Below, in pieces: positions 52,395 to 64,000 of a stretch of DNA of 64,000 nt. This DNA is from the human T2T-CHM13v2.0 reference genome, Homo sapiens, in assembly GCF_009914755.1 (NCBI RefSeq), contig NC_060926.1, one strand, 5' to 3'. Positions within the stretch are counted from its first letter, which is position 1; each line of letters starts with the position of its first letter. The notes beneath the pieces are model-generated. The model ran no database searches, was not told where the DNA came from, and worked only from the letters and a program-made list of their open reading frames with translations. Both the position numbers and the translations under genes were made by a program.

Positions 52395-52585
52395 TGATTG
52401 AGCACGCACTATGTGTTAGGAACGGTAAAAGGCACCTGACATACTTACTTCTATTGAATTAGCCCAACAACCTAATGAGATAGGTGCCACCAGCCTCATT
52501 TTTCAGAGTTCACATTACTTTACCAAGGTCAAAGTATTTGTAAGTGGTAGAATCAGGATTCAAACCAGGCCCCGCAGCTCTTAAG
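52395..52585 (-). mobile_element. MIR
   Basis: attgagcacgcactatgtg..ccaaggtca..gtaagtggtagaatcaggattcaaacc. Confidence 0.85.
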
Positions 52586-52848
52586 TTGGGACTTGGAAAC
52601 TTCGTGGGACAGAGTGTCCTTACTCCTGGGCTATCCCATTTGGTGTGTCTCTAATCCCCATTAGAAGCAGCAGCTACTAACAACTAAACTCATCTGTTTT
52701 CCTTTTCTCCATTCGACTCCACTCCACTCAAACATATTTCTATATACCTTAAAACACTTTCTTTTATAAAAAGTTTAATATCAGGATATCCCTTCAGCCA
52801 CTGCCTCATTGGAGGTCCCATGTGATCTTCCATAAATGTGATCTCTCC

Positions 52849-52908
<60 letters not shown>

Positions 52909-52940
52909 GCAGAGACAGACAGAGAGAGAAAGAGAGAGAG
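52849..52940 (+). repeat. Compound (TG)10(AG)n microsatellite
   Basis: Read directly. Confidence 0.97.
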
Positions 52941-53057
52941 AATATCTACAGATGTAGGAGGTGTAGTAGATTTAGACACACACATATTCATATACAGAGA
53001 ACTTGTGATGTCCAGCTCTTGCCTGCTTAACATTGTCTTTATACATATGCTGTAGAT

Positions 53058-53394
53058 TAGCAGTTCCCAACCTTTTTGGTGTCAGGGACCGGTTTCCTGG
53101 AAGACAGGTTTTCCACAGCCATTGGGTTGGGGGAGGTGGAAGGGGCTGGCTTGGGATGAAACTGTTCCACCTCAGATCATCAGGCATTAGATTCTGATGA
53201 GGAATGCTCAGCCTAGATCCCTCACATGCTCAGTTCACAATAAGGTTCGCACTACTATGAGAATCTAATGCCGCTGGCCAATCGGAAAGGAGGTGGAGCT
53301 TAGGAGGTAATGCTGATCACCTCCTGCTGTGCCGTCCAGTTCCAACAGGCCACTGACCAGTACTGGTCCATGGGCCAGGGGTTGGGGACCCCTG
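53058..53394 (-). mobile_element. MER1B (hAT-Charlie)
   Basis: cccaacctttttgg..ggatgaaactgttccacctcagatcatcaggcattagattc...ggggttggggacccctg; TSD ctgtagat/ctatagat. Confidence 0.93.
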
Positions 53395-53721
53395 CTATAG
53401 ATTACCAGCCCCCTCAAGTCCCTGAGCTAATGAGAAGAGCCTCTTATTCTTCTCCCCAGAGCTCTCTCTGGTTGGCACACTCCCTGTACACCATCTTGCC
53501 TTCTGCTCACCTTTTCCTCCTCTGTGCTCTACCTCTAGACACAATGCACTCAAGACCTGGCATGTCTGCTACCTTGCTCAGCACCTTGCAGAGAATCTGT
53601 CCATGCAACTCTTGCCTTTCTGCCCCAGAGTTTGGGAGGGAGCCTGAAGCTAAGGAGGAAATACCGGAGTGCTCTCCGGAGCAAATAAGAATCATTTTTT
53701 GGTCTCATCTCTCTCTCTCTC

Positions 53722-54017
53722 TTTTTTTTTTTTTTTTTGGAGACAGGGTCTCGTTCTGTTGCCCAGGCTGGAATGCAGTGGTGTCATTGTTCACTGAAGC
53801 CCCGACTCCCCAGGCTCAAGCGATCCTCCTGCCTCAGCCTCCCAAGTAGTTGGGATTACAGGCATGCGCCACCACACCAGGCTAATGTTTGTATTTTTTG
53901 TAGAGACCGGGTTTCATCATGTTGTCCGGGTTGGTCTTGAACTCCTGAGCTCAGGCAATCTGCCTGCCTTGCCCTCTTAAGGTGCTGGGATTATAAGCAT
54001 GAGACACCACATCTGGT
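53722..54017 (-). mobile_element. AluJ
   Basis: gagacagggtctc; ggctcaagcgatcctcctgcc; diverged dimer. Confidence 0.92.
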
Positions 54018-54299
54018 TTCATCTCATTCTTTAATTTCAGCAGTACTGAAGCTCAGTCTTGAACCCTAGTCAGCTTTGCTGGGGCTCCACCCATCAACAT
54101 AATCTTATGAGGCCTCTTTCTCTCACATTGTGAATTTAATTCCAGTATCCTCCATGCCACCTACTGGGTCCTGCTTTATCTTTGATGGATCCTTCTTGAG
54201 CTAATGTGCTGTAGTCCAAGTGCTTTTGATTTTTCCACTATCCTAAAATTTGCCCCTACCACTAGATGAACATCTTGGATAGCAAAGCAAATTTGATAT

Positions 54300-54420
54300 T
54301 AACATTAGTAGTTAATGTTTAATGAGCTTCTGTTCTAAGCATTTTACATCTATTATCTTAAAGTCCATACAACCTTATGTGGTAGGCTCTATTACTATCC
54401 CAATTATTTCATATTTTAAT
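54300..54420 (-). mobile_element. MIR (3' half; remainder at 55700-55815)
   Basis: ttctaagcattttacat..caaccttatgtggtagg..tattactatccc. Confidence 0.75.
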
Positions 54421-54449
54421 AATTATAATTACCCTAATATTTTATATTA

Positions 54450-55699
<1,250 letters not shown>

Positions 55700-55815
55700 C
55701 CAAGACACAGAGTTTACATAACTTACCTAAGGTCACACAGCTAGTAGTAGGAGGGTGAGATATGAACCTAGGCCATCTAGTCATTGTGGTCTTGCTCTTA
55801 ACTATTAACCACATC
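55700..55815 (-). mobile_element. MIR (5' half)
   Basis: aacttacctaaggtcacacagctagtagt..tgaacctagg. Confidence 0.8.
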
Positions 55816-56479
55816 CTGCATCAGAACCCTCCACCTTCCTTTATGAAATGTTTTTGTGTTGTTGGGGACACTTCTTATGGGTCAGCCCTGTATTTTACCC
55901 CATTCCTGCAGTCCATGTGGTCTCAGTTTTCCTGCTTCTCATTGTGGGTTTACTGTTGAGATCAGTTTACCTTCTAAAAATGAGTAGGATGCTCTAATAA
56001 TGGCTATATGCTGGAAAGAAAAAATTGTTACAGAAAAATGAAAATATCTCTTCTTCTACTCTTAGACCCTGGCTCAATTTGGCAGATCTGCAATAAGTAC
56101 AATGAAGAAACAAAGGAATCTCTTAGGAAGTCACTGACTGACATTGACACCTTCCTTCTGCATTGCCTTAAAATTCTGTGTAATTGTATTTCTTCAATCC
56201 TGTTTTATTTGGGCTGAAATATGTAGTACAGAAGACAATAGTATTCATAAGAAATATTAAGAACAGTGATCATGCTGTTTGGGGAGATAACCTTAGTGCT
56301 TACTTTTATGCCATATATCCACTGTGATAAAAATACTGTGAATAGTGCTGTTACTAGCATATAACTATTTATACAGAAGATATTTAATAAACGAGTGACT
56401 CTTTCTTATGCTTTCCTATAACAGTGCTTAAAACTCAATTTTCCTGGAGCTATTTTATCAAAGAACAGAACACTAGAGT

Positions 56480-56610
56480 GGGCAGAGACTTTAGAGTTCT
56501 TCCAGCCCAGGACCTACATACATATTGTAGATGAGAAAACTGAGGACAGTTGGTGGCCAGGCTGGGAGAAGAGCCCAGACTCCCTAAGCCATAGCCCCAC
56601 TATGCTGAGG
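56480..56610 (-). mobile_element. MIR/MIR3 fragment
   Basis: ttgtagatgagaaaactgagg. Confidence 0.65.
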
Positions 56611-58467
56611 GGAATATAGACTGTCTTTTGATTATTAGCTGGGCCTGCTGCTGGCCAGGCTTTGTTTCATGAATTCCTCTGTCTATTCCTTCACGAGGCT
56701 TAATGGCACTTCTGGATGTTCTTACCACCTCCACGCTGCTGAAACCTTGCCACATTCCCAAGCTGTGGCTTGTTTTGCAGCTGTTTCAAATGGGGATGCC
56801 ATACTGAGAAGTAATACCTCTGAGCTGCCTTGTGCTTTTTCTCTGACCCGATCATGTGGACATCCCCCCTGGGTGTCCCAATCTGTGTAGTTTCAACGAC
56901 CTGCTCTCCCAATCCATCCAGCTCATTATGTCCTAAGCATTCAGAGGCTCAGCTTCGTTTCAGTCCATCAAGAGTTTATGTTCTATGAGAGAGTTTGAGA
57001 TCAACTTCATCCCTATTACGCTCACTGTGAAAAAGTGCCAGTGGAAATAAAAGAGCTCATACATCTAAATGATTTAAATTAAAGTAAAATAAAATTTTCC
57101 GTTCTTTTGAATTAGGCCATTAAAACTATAGCTTAGTCTAAGTACAGTATTAATGAGCAATATCGCAGGAGAGTATTAATTTTGCATTTCTTGACATAAA
57201 AATTTAAAACATGCAATTTTAGCTTTGCTTTAGGTAATATTTTGTATTCCCTTGACTTTTATTTGGAAACCCCAGAAATCAGGGTAAAAATGGGATAGTT
57301 CAAAATCAGATGCACTGAACTCATATGTAAGTACATGCTACCCTCTCATCTCCATGTTATATTGCAGACTTAAACCAGATATAGGATCATGTGGCATTTC
57401 ATACCATCAAAGCACTAGTGGTAAAGGTTTATGTGAAATAGACCTTTAGACCTGTTGGTTTAATATATTCTGCATTTCTACCTTTAATAAAAGGATGTTC
57501 TAATAAAGATAGGCAAGGGTATAAAGATTGGGACCCCTAGTGGTTAGATGGATAGCTTATTTGCAGCCCAATGCTAATGGGGTAGCGATGTTGAGGCAAT
57601 ATGCCATCCATGCAGCTGGGGCCGCTCTTCTTGTCTTAAGTCATGTGTAAGCTTCAGGATCTAGGCTCTGCAGAAGTCGGAGAATCCCTGAGACTGTGGG
57701 AAGACTGTAGGTTACTCATTGGTGCAGGCGCTTTCAGAAGTCTCATAGTTTTCCTTTGGCTTTAGACACTACAAATCGCATCAAATCAGAGGTGTAGAAT
57801 TATACGCTAGAGGGCTTTTCAGCCACCAGAGCAACCCTGTCCAGCAATTGCTATCTTGGAACAATGGCCATGTCCTTAATCAGGCAATCCAATTAGCCAC
57901 ACACAAATTATGAAGTCGATGTACCTAAAGCAATTTGTCTGCAAAAAATTTAAAACCTCCCTTAAGAATTTGCAATCAAGGAAAACCCTTTTCTCCTTCA
58001 TTTTTTTTAATTGAAAGTTGGACACAGGACAGAATAAGGAAAACATTTCCAACGTTGAGTGTTGCCTAAGAGACTCTAAAGTATCAGCCAAAATTTTGTT
58101 TGAGTAAGTTGTGAGTGAGAGAGGAACACAGAGGGTAAGATTGGTGGTTTAATTGCATCATGTTCCTTAACAAGAGATGGCAAATATTGTATTTGATAAA
58201 AAAGACGATGTCTTATTTCCATTGTTATCTAGTCATGCAATGAAAGATTGCTTGTCATAGCCTGCAGCACTGTCAGTCACCCTCATTTTCCTGATCTTTG
58301 CAGCACTCAGCTTCTCTGAGAGTAAAAGAATAACTAGGAAGAAGCCTGCATGGCAGAGCATTTGTGCTTTCTTAGTTTTCCATTTAGTCCATGCACAATA
58401 ACCATTTGTGTATTGTTCTTGACCAGGCACAAATCACCTTGTATTTAAAGATGTCTAAGAATTCTCA

Positions 58468-58779
<312 letters not shown>

Positions 58780-58834
58780 TTAATAAAAAGGAAATCTGCT
58801 GCCTGTCTTACAGGGTTTTCTTGCTAGATATAGT

Positions 58835-59005
58835 TTTAGAGATGGAAGAGAGTACCTAAAGTCAAATCCAAACTTCATTTCACACATGAAGATTCTGTGG
58901 CTCAGGAGGTAAAATGATGTGATTAAGATTATACACCCGGTCATTAGAAGACTAGGGATTAAGTTTCAGGGTGCCTGACTCCATGGCCTGTGCTTTAATA
59001 CTGCT
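58835..59005 (-). mobile_element. MIR/MIR3
   Basis: catttcacacatgaagattctgtggctcaggagg..cctgactcca. Confidence 0.65.
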
Positions 59006-59214
59006 GTGAACCAAACTGGACAGGAAAATTGGTCAGGGATGAGGGCACAACTTCCAGGAGCCTGTATTTATAGTCACCTGTGCATAGAAATGAAAACATT
59101 TCTATTTATGTCTTCCTTATGCTGAGCATTCATAGATCCTCAACAACAAAACCCTTATGAGAACTTTGGAATTTATTTTATAGTCAGATAAAGCATATAA
59201 ATATGAGATTTTTT

Positions 59215-59500
59215 ATAGGTTAGACCCAGATTAATCAAGTCCAGCATTCTCTGTCTCTGTGGAATACACCACAAATCACCACAGCTCCTCTTAATCATTT
59301 ATGAATCTCTTATACATAGATTTTTTGAAATTAACTTTACTCTTGCTATATAAAGTATAACTGTCTTTTGCTGTACCTAAATATGCCCCTTGCAAATTCA
59401 GTCTGTGTCTCCTAGTACCCTAGAATTTAAGGCACATATCAGTTTTCAACTTATCCACTACCACATTTACAGATTGAAGGTCCTAATATTTAAGTCTTTA
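59215..59500 (-). mobile_element. Possible ancient CR1-type fragment
   Basis: atcaagtccagcattctctgtctctg; cctaaatatgccccttgcaaattcagtctgtgtctcctagt resemble antisense CR1 3' ends. Confidence 0.4.
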
Positions 59501-60194
59501 TGCAGTGGCCTCTCATTGCCAAATCGGCGTGACTGTCCTATTCTGAGCTATTTCTAGCTCCACTTTTCAAAGGCTGGGGAAAGTAAAACCAAGTGAAATG
59601 ATGGCTTTTCCAAGTTCTGCTGAAAGTCACTGGCAAAGCCAAGAGCGAAGGCTTCTGATTCTCAATTAATTTCCAACTCCTAGTCACAAATGTCCTATTG
59701 TAAAAAATGTCCTTTTTGTTTGCTTGGCAATTTGCTAGTAAAGGAATCCAAGACAAAAATCCAAATGTCAATAACCTCAGTATTCAATGGCAGAGGTACA
59801 ACTTCTGATGTGAATGGAAATTCATTTTGGGATATGGTGGTAGACTATCAAAGCATGATTGAAAGGGGAATGTTTTTACTGATGTTGAAAGCCAGTGCGC
59901 TCACTTAATGATTGAGCAGGAAAATTCAAGAAGAGAGTGAAGACATCAGATCACTATTTTTCTATTGTTCAGGGTAGTGTCTTTGGTATGCAGTCGTTGA
60001 AAGCCCTCCATTTTATGTGAGGAAATATTTTTTTTATTTCCCTCAATGTCTTAATATTGCTGCTGCTTCTCTCCGGGTTGAGGAGGCTGTATATTCTACC
60101 AAATGAAATGTTGAGTGGAGATGAGAAAGGAAAAATTAAAAAAATTAAAAAAAGCAGTGTTGTTGCTGACAGGGATATTTTAAAAATCAACACA

Positions 60195-60285
60195 GTTTCA
60201 TATGTATTTATTAAGTGCCTACTATGTGCCAGTTACCAAGCTTGGCTCTGGGGAAATAGAATGAGTAAAACGCAGATGCCACCTA
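60195..60285 (-). mobile_element. L2 3' end
   Basis: tatttattaagtgcctactatgtgccag. Confidence 0.8.
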
Positions 60286-60720
60286 TGTTAGGTAGGATAT
60301 TTGGTCACAAGTGGTCAAAAACCAACATAAACTGGCTTGAGCAAAAACTCAGTTAAGTGGTTCACATAACGTAAAAATTCAGGCCATTGCTTGACCAGAG
60401 TTCAAACAATGTCACCAGGTCTCAACTTGTCTTTTCCGTCTCTTAGCTCTGTCTTCTAACATGTCCACTCTATTTTAAAGGAAGGATTGTGTGTTGCAAG
60501 ATGTCTTCATTGATCCAGCACATCCCACAGGGAAGGCGCAGAATTTCATGGTACCTTATCAGCAAACACCGGGTCACATTCCCATACTGGGGGATGAAAT
60601 GCTTTGATTTATTTTTTTCTAGCTCCATCCAAACTCTATGGGCCCTACAGGAGGAAGTTGTTCTTCAGAAGAAAATTAGGATACCATTACCATGGGATGA
60701 AAGGATGTTGAACAACCAGT
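60286..60720 (-). mobile_element. MLT1K/L-type LTR
   Basis: tttggtcacaagtg..aaactggcttgagcaaaa..ggttcacataac..caaacaatgtcaccagg. Confidence 0.7.
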
Positions 60721-60837
60721 TTCTGTTCTACTTTCCTTGAAGAGCATATGTTCTAGTGGAGATCAGTTAGTTATCATTTCCACTGCCCTCCTCCTGGGAA
60801 ACTGTGAAGCATACAGGAGAGCAAAAAGGCTTATGGT

Positions 60838-61130
<293 letters not shown>

Positions 61131-61559
61131 AAAAAGGGTTATGGTTATTAACAATTTAGAAAGATCCATCAGCAGATTGTCATCTGCTGACTGGAGACTC
61201 CCCCAAAGTGGACACACACACAAGATTGTGACGATCTTATATTTGTTTTAATCATCCCACCAAAATTAGCATTGTGTCCATTGAGTAATCATTGCTTTGT
61301 CCCTATGTATACAAACATTTCTTTTCCTGCCATCTTTCACCTCCCTGACTTCTCATTTCTTCAAAAATATTCACATTTTATACTTTCCTCTGAACTTCTG
61401 CCTCTCCTTCCCATTCAGGTTTTAGTCATATTGCATACCTAAATTTTGCAGAGCAGAATTTTCAACAAATTAGAGTGCATTGTTTGTTCCCTTGTTTTAA
61501 TTCTTGGGAACATTTTGGGAGACAGGCTACACAAAAGACCTGATGTGCCTCAAAGCTGT

Positions 61560-61780
61560 AATATATTATCAGGTTTGAAATGCTAATAAGAGTCTATGGA
61601 AAGAACAGTTAGTTTAAAAGAAATAGTGAGCTTAAGTAGAAAAAAAAGCAAATTTTGAAGAGATGTGAAAGGTATTCCCAAAAAAAGGGTTACAGTTTAA
61701 TAATACTGGGACAGTCCATTATGGAAAAGAAAGAAGTATTTAAGATTCAGCTGGGGAGGCTATAGACTCAATGTTATTTC
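61560..61780 (+). mobile_element. L3/CR1 fragment
   Basis: atcaggtttgaa..gtctatggaaagaacagtt..gggaggctatagactcaat resembles the L3 RT 3' region. Confidence 0.45.
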
Positions 61781-62269
61781 CAATAATAAAAAACCCCATA
61801 GGGTTGTTAAACTAGCCTTGTAGAAGAGTGTCAGTGGCCTGGAGAACAATAGCAAGCACAGATGTGTGAAATGCATACACAGCTCACCACAGCAAGGCAT
61901 CCAAAGTGGGTCACGGCACTGGAACCATTATTGAACATGTTAGGGGGTAGATTGGAACTCATTTTGGGGTTAACATAAACTTTTTTTTTGACCATCTTAC
62001 TACTGTGGGGTGCCTTATAGACCTTGGCAGCAAGTTTTAATGTGTGGCTCATTAGAAGAAATGGAATGTTGGGATTTACTGGATAATACTTGAGAGAAAT
62101 CTCTCCTGGGGAAACTTTGTGCTTTGCCCAGAAAGACAGTTCTTTGATAAGAATAAAAATAATAACTTGTTCCAGCACCTTCCTCCAGGACAATAATATT
62201 ATCTTGATTTAAGTCATGCCTTTTTCTTTGTAGGAGCTCAAACTGAGTTTTATGTGGAACATTATTTCT

Positions 62270-62400
62270 GTTTATCATCACAAATTCCCTTTGAGGAAAG
62301 TAAGGGGTAGGTATTACTATTCCTATTTTAAAGTTGGGGAAACAGAAGCTCAGAGAAGGACAAATAAATCCCACTGCTTTAATATGCAGGTGATAGCTTA
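62270..62400 (-). mobile_element. MIR
   Basis: ggtaggtattactattcctattttaaagttggggaaacagaagctcagaga. Confidence 0.8.
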
Positions 62401-62470
62401 GTGCAAGTCCAAATATCTGTCATTAATCTAAAGAAGCTAAACCAGCTCCCCAAAGCTATATGATAATTCT

Positions 62471-62654
62471 TTTTCTTTCTCTCTCTCTCTTTTTTTTTTT
62501 TTTTTTAGAGACAGGGTCTTCCTCTGTCACCCAGACTGGAATGCAGTGGCATGATCCTAGCTCACTGCAGCCTCGAATTCCTGAGCTCAAAAGATCCTCC
62601 CGCATCAACTTCCCAAAGTTCTGGGATTACAGGTGTGAACCACCACAGCTGACC
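62471..62654 (-). mobile_element. Monomer-length Alu (FRAM-like or AluJ left/right hybrid)
   Basis: Right-arm 3' part joined to a left-arm-type 5' part; degraded TSD tatatgataattctt/tgtataatcattctt. Confidence 0.85.
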
Positions 62655-63179
62655 TGTATAATCATTCTTAAGAGATTGCGCTCTAGTTCATAGGAGGCTC
62701 GAGAACCATCTCCTGCTTTGGAGGCCATGCAAGAGAAATCTGAGCTATCTTTCAGTGTTGGATATGATGAGTTCGTGTCTAGTTTCCCAGCTGCGCATCT
62801 GCGGTTTTGGTCTGATTTGCAGGTTGGTTCCTTCTTTTTACCCAAGTGGGAGTATGTGCCCCAGTTTGGACTTTACCTTAGAACTCCAAACTCTTAGCTC
62901 TCTGATTTTTCATTTTTAAAATTAAGGAATAGGGGGGTTACCTCCTATTTGCTCCCACTCCCTTCTCTCAACTCTCAGGGAGCCTTGTTGCCCTACTCTG
63001 TGATGCACCCACTGAAGATTTACCAGCCCCAGGTGTGAGTCAAATTGAAAACCATTCTCCCAGAACTAGGCCCACACCCTGTATGGCCTGACAGTCTTAG
63101 CAGAATCCCCTGCGGACCAAGCACACAACTGATGATTGCTATTAGGTCCTAAAGACACAACCAACAGAGTCCAATGCAT

Positions 63180-63340
63180 CAGCAGTTCTCAATCTTGGTT
63201 GCTCTTGAGAATCACCTGTGGAGCTTAAGAAATATATTGAGGCCTAGGCCCTGTTCTCCAGTAATTGTAATTTAACTGGTCTGAGGTAAGGCTAAGGCCT
63301 TAGTAGTTTTATAAATGCTCTCTAGGGTTGAGAGCCATGG
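63180..63340. mobile_element. MER5A-type hAT MITE
   Basis: cagcagttctcaatcttgg..agaatcacctgtggagctt...agggttgagagccat. Confidence 0.85.
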
Positions 63341-63414
63341 ACCTAAGTCCTGAATGTGATAGTCTGTATCTGTGCCATCACGAACAGTCCGTCATCTTTT
63401 GTAAGTGCAAGGGA

Positions 63415-63655
63415 ACATAATGAAATATAGAGCATTGTGGAGCTGGTCCTATGCAATGCACTCCACATAGATTCTTTTATTGATTCTCATGATAACCCTG
63501 TGGGATGGTTACTTTTATGATCTTCATCTTTCAGATGAGGAAACCGAAGCATAGAGAGGTTGAGCAAATTGCCTAAGATCACACCTCTAGAAGTGACCAA
63601 AAGTGACTCTTTGGCTCCAAAACTGAGGTATGTCAGCGCTTACACTACAAAGTAT
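63415..63655 (-). mobile_element. MIR
   Basis: catctttcagatgaggaaaccgaagcatagagaggttgagcaaattgcctaagatcacac. Confidence 0.88.
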
Positions 63656-64000
63656 TTGCAGCCACGTAAGCTCTGTGTCTCTAAGTTACAACTTGTGTTG
63701 CTTCTGGTATTCTCAATTCGATAGTTGTAATCTCTCCAAGTCCAGGCAGAAACAGCAAGAAGACACTAAGGCAAGGAAAACACTTAGGGAAAAATATTTT
63801 TTTATCTGCATTATGGAAGCCAAGCTATACATGCCTCCAGCCTATCTCTAAAGAGGAACAGAGAGAACACAACTCACTGACACTGTAAGTCCTCTTCTCC
63901 AGTGCAGCCTTTCACAGTCCACTCCCAGTTTCAGGTCCTTCCCCAACCATAACTCACATGGTGAGAAATGGGAACCTTCATAGGAACAAATTCAATCTCC

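Noticed and set aside
53355-53368. 14-bp palindrome gaccagtactggtc
   Set aside because: Part of the MER1 consensus subterminal sequence
53310-53849. Longest ORF (179 aa)
   Set aside because: Runs from MER1B through unique DNA into an AluJ tail; no domain, chimeric chance ORF

Overview
Primate (very probably human) non-coding genomic DNA. It is AT-rich and CpG-depleted, and by eye roughly half consists of recognisable interspersed repeats: Alu/FAM/FLAM, L1PA/L1M/HAL1, L2, MIR, CR1/L3, MaLR and ERVL LTRs, Tigger3b, and hAT MITEs (MER1B, MER5A, MER20, MER53, MER58A). I found no protein-coding gene, tRNA/rRNA gene, CpG island or CRISPR array. The ORF track is explained by repeats, low-complexity DNA or chance; only the L1 ORF2 C-terminal fragments are recognisable protein. 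Repeat subfamily names come from recalled consensus sequences, not a database search, and boundaries without TSDs are approximate. I cannot support a genuinely new biological system here. The best leads are modest: a CCAAT-CRE-CCAAT promoter-like module in unique DNA, several exon-like segments suggesting a + strand spliced lncRNA, an apparently complete ancient MLT1 LTR-int-LTR element, a perfect template-switch-type palindrome in an old LTR, a MER53 hairpin retaining a miR-1302-like seed, and an LTR40 with intact TATA plus a G-quadruplex.
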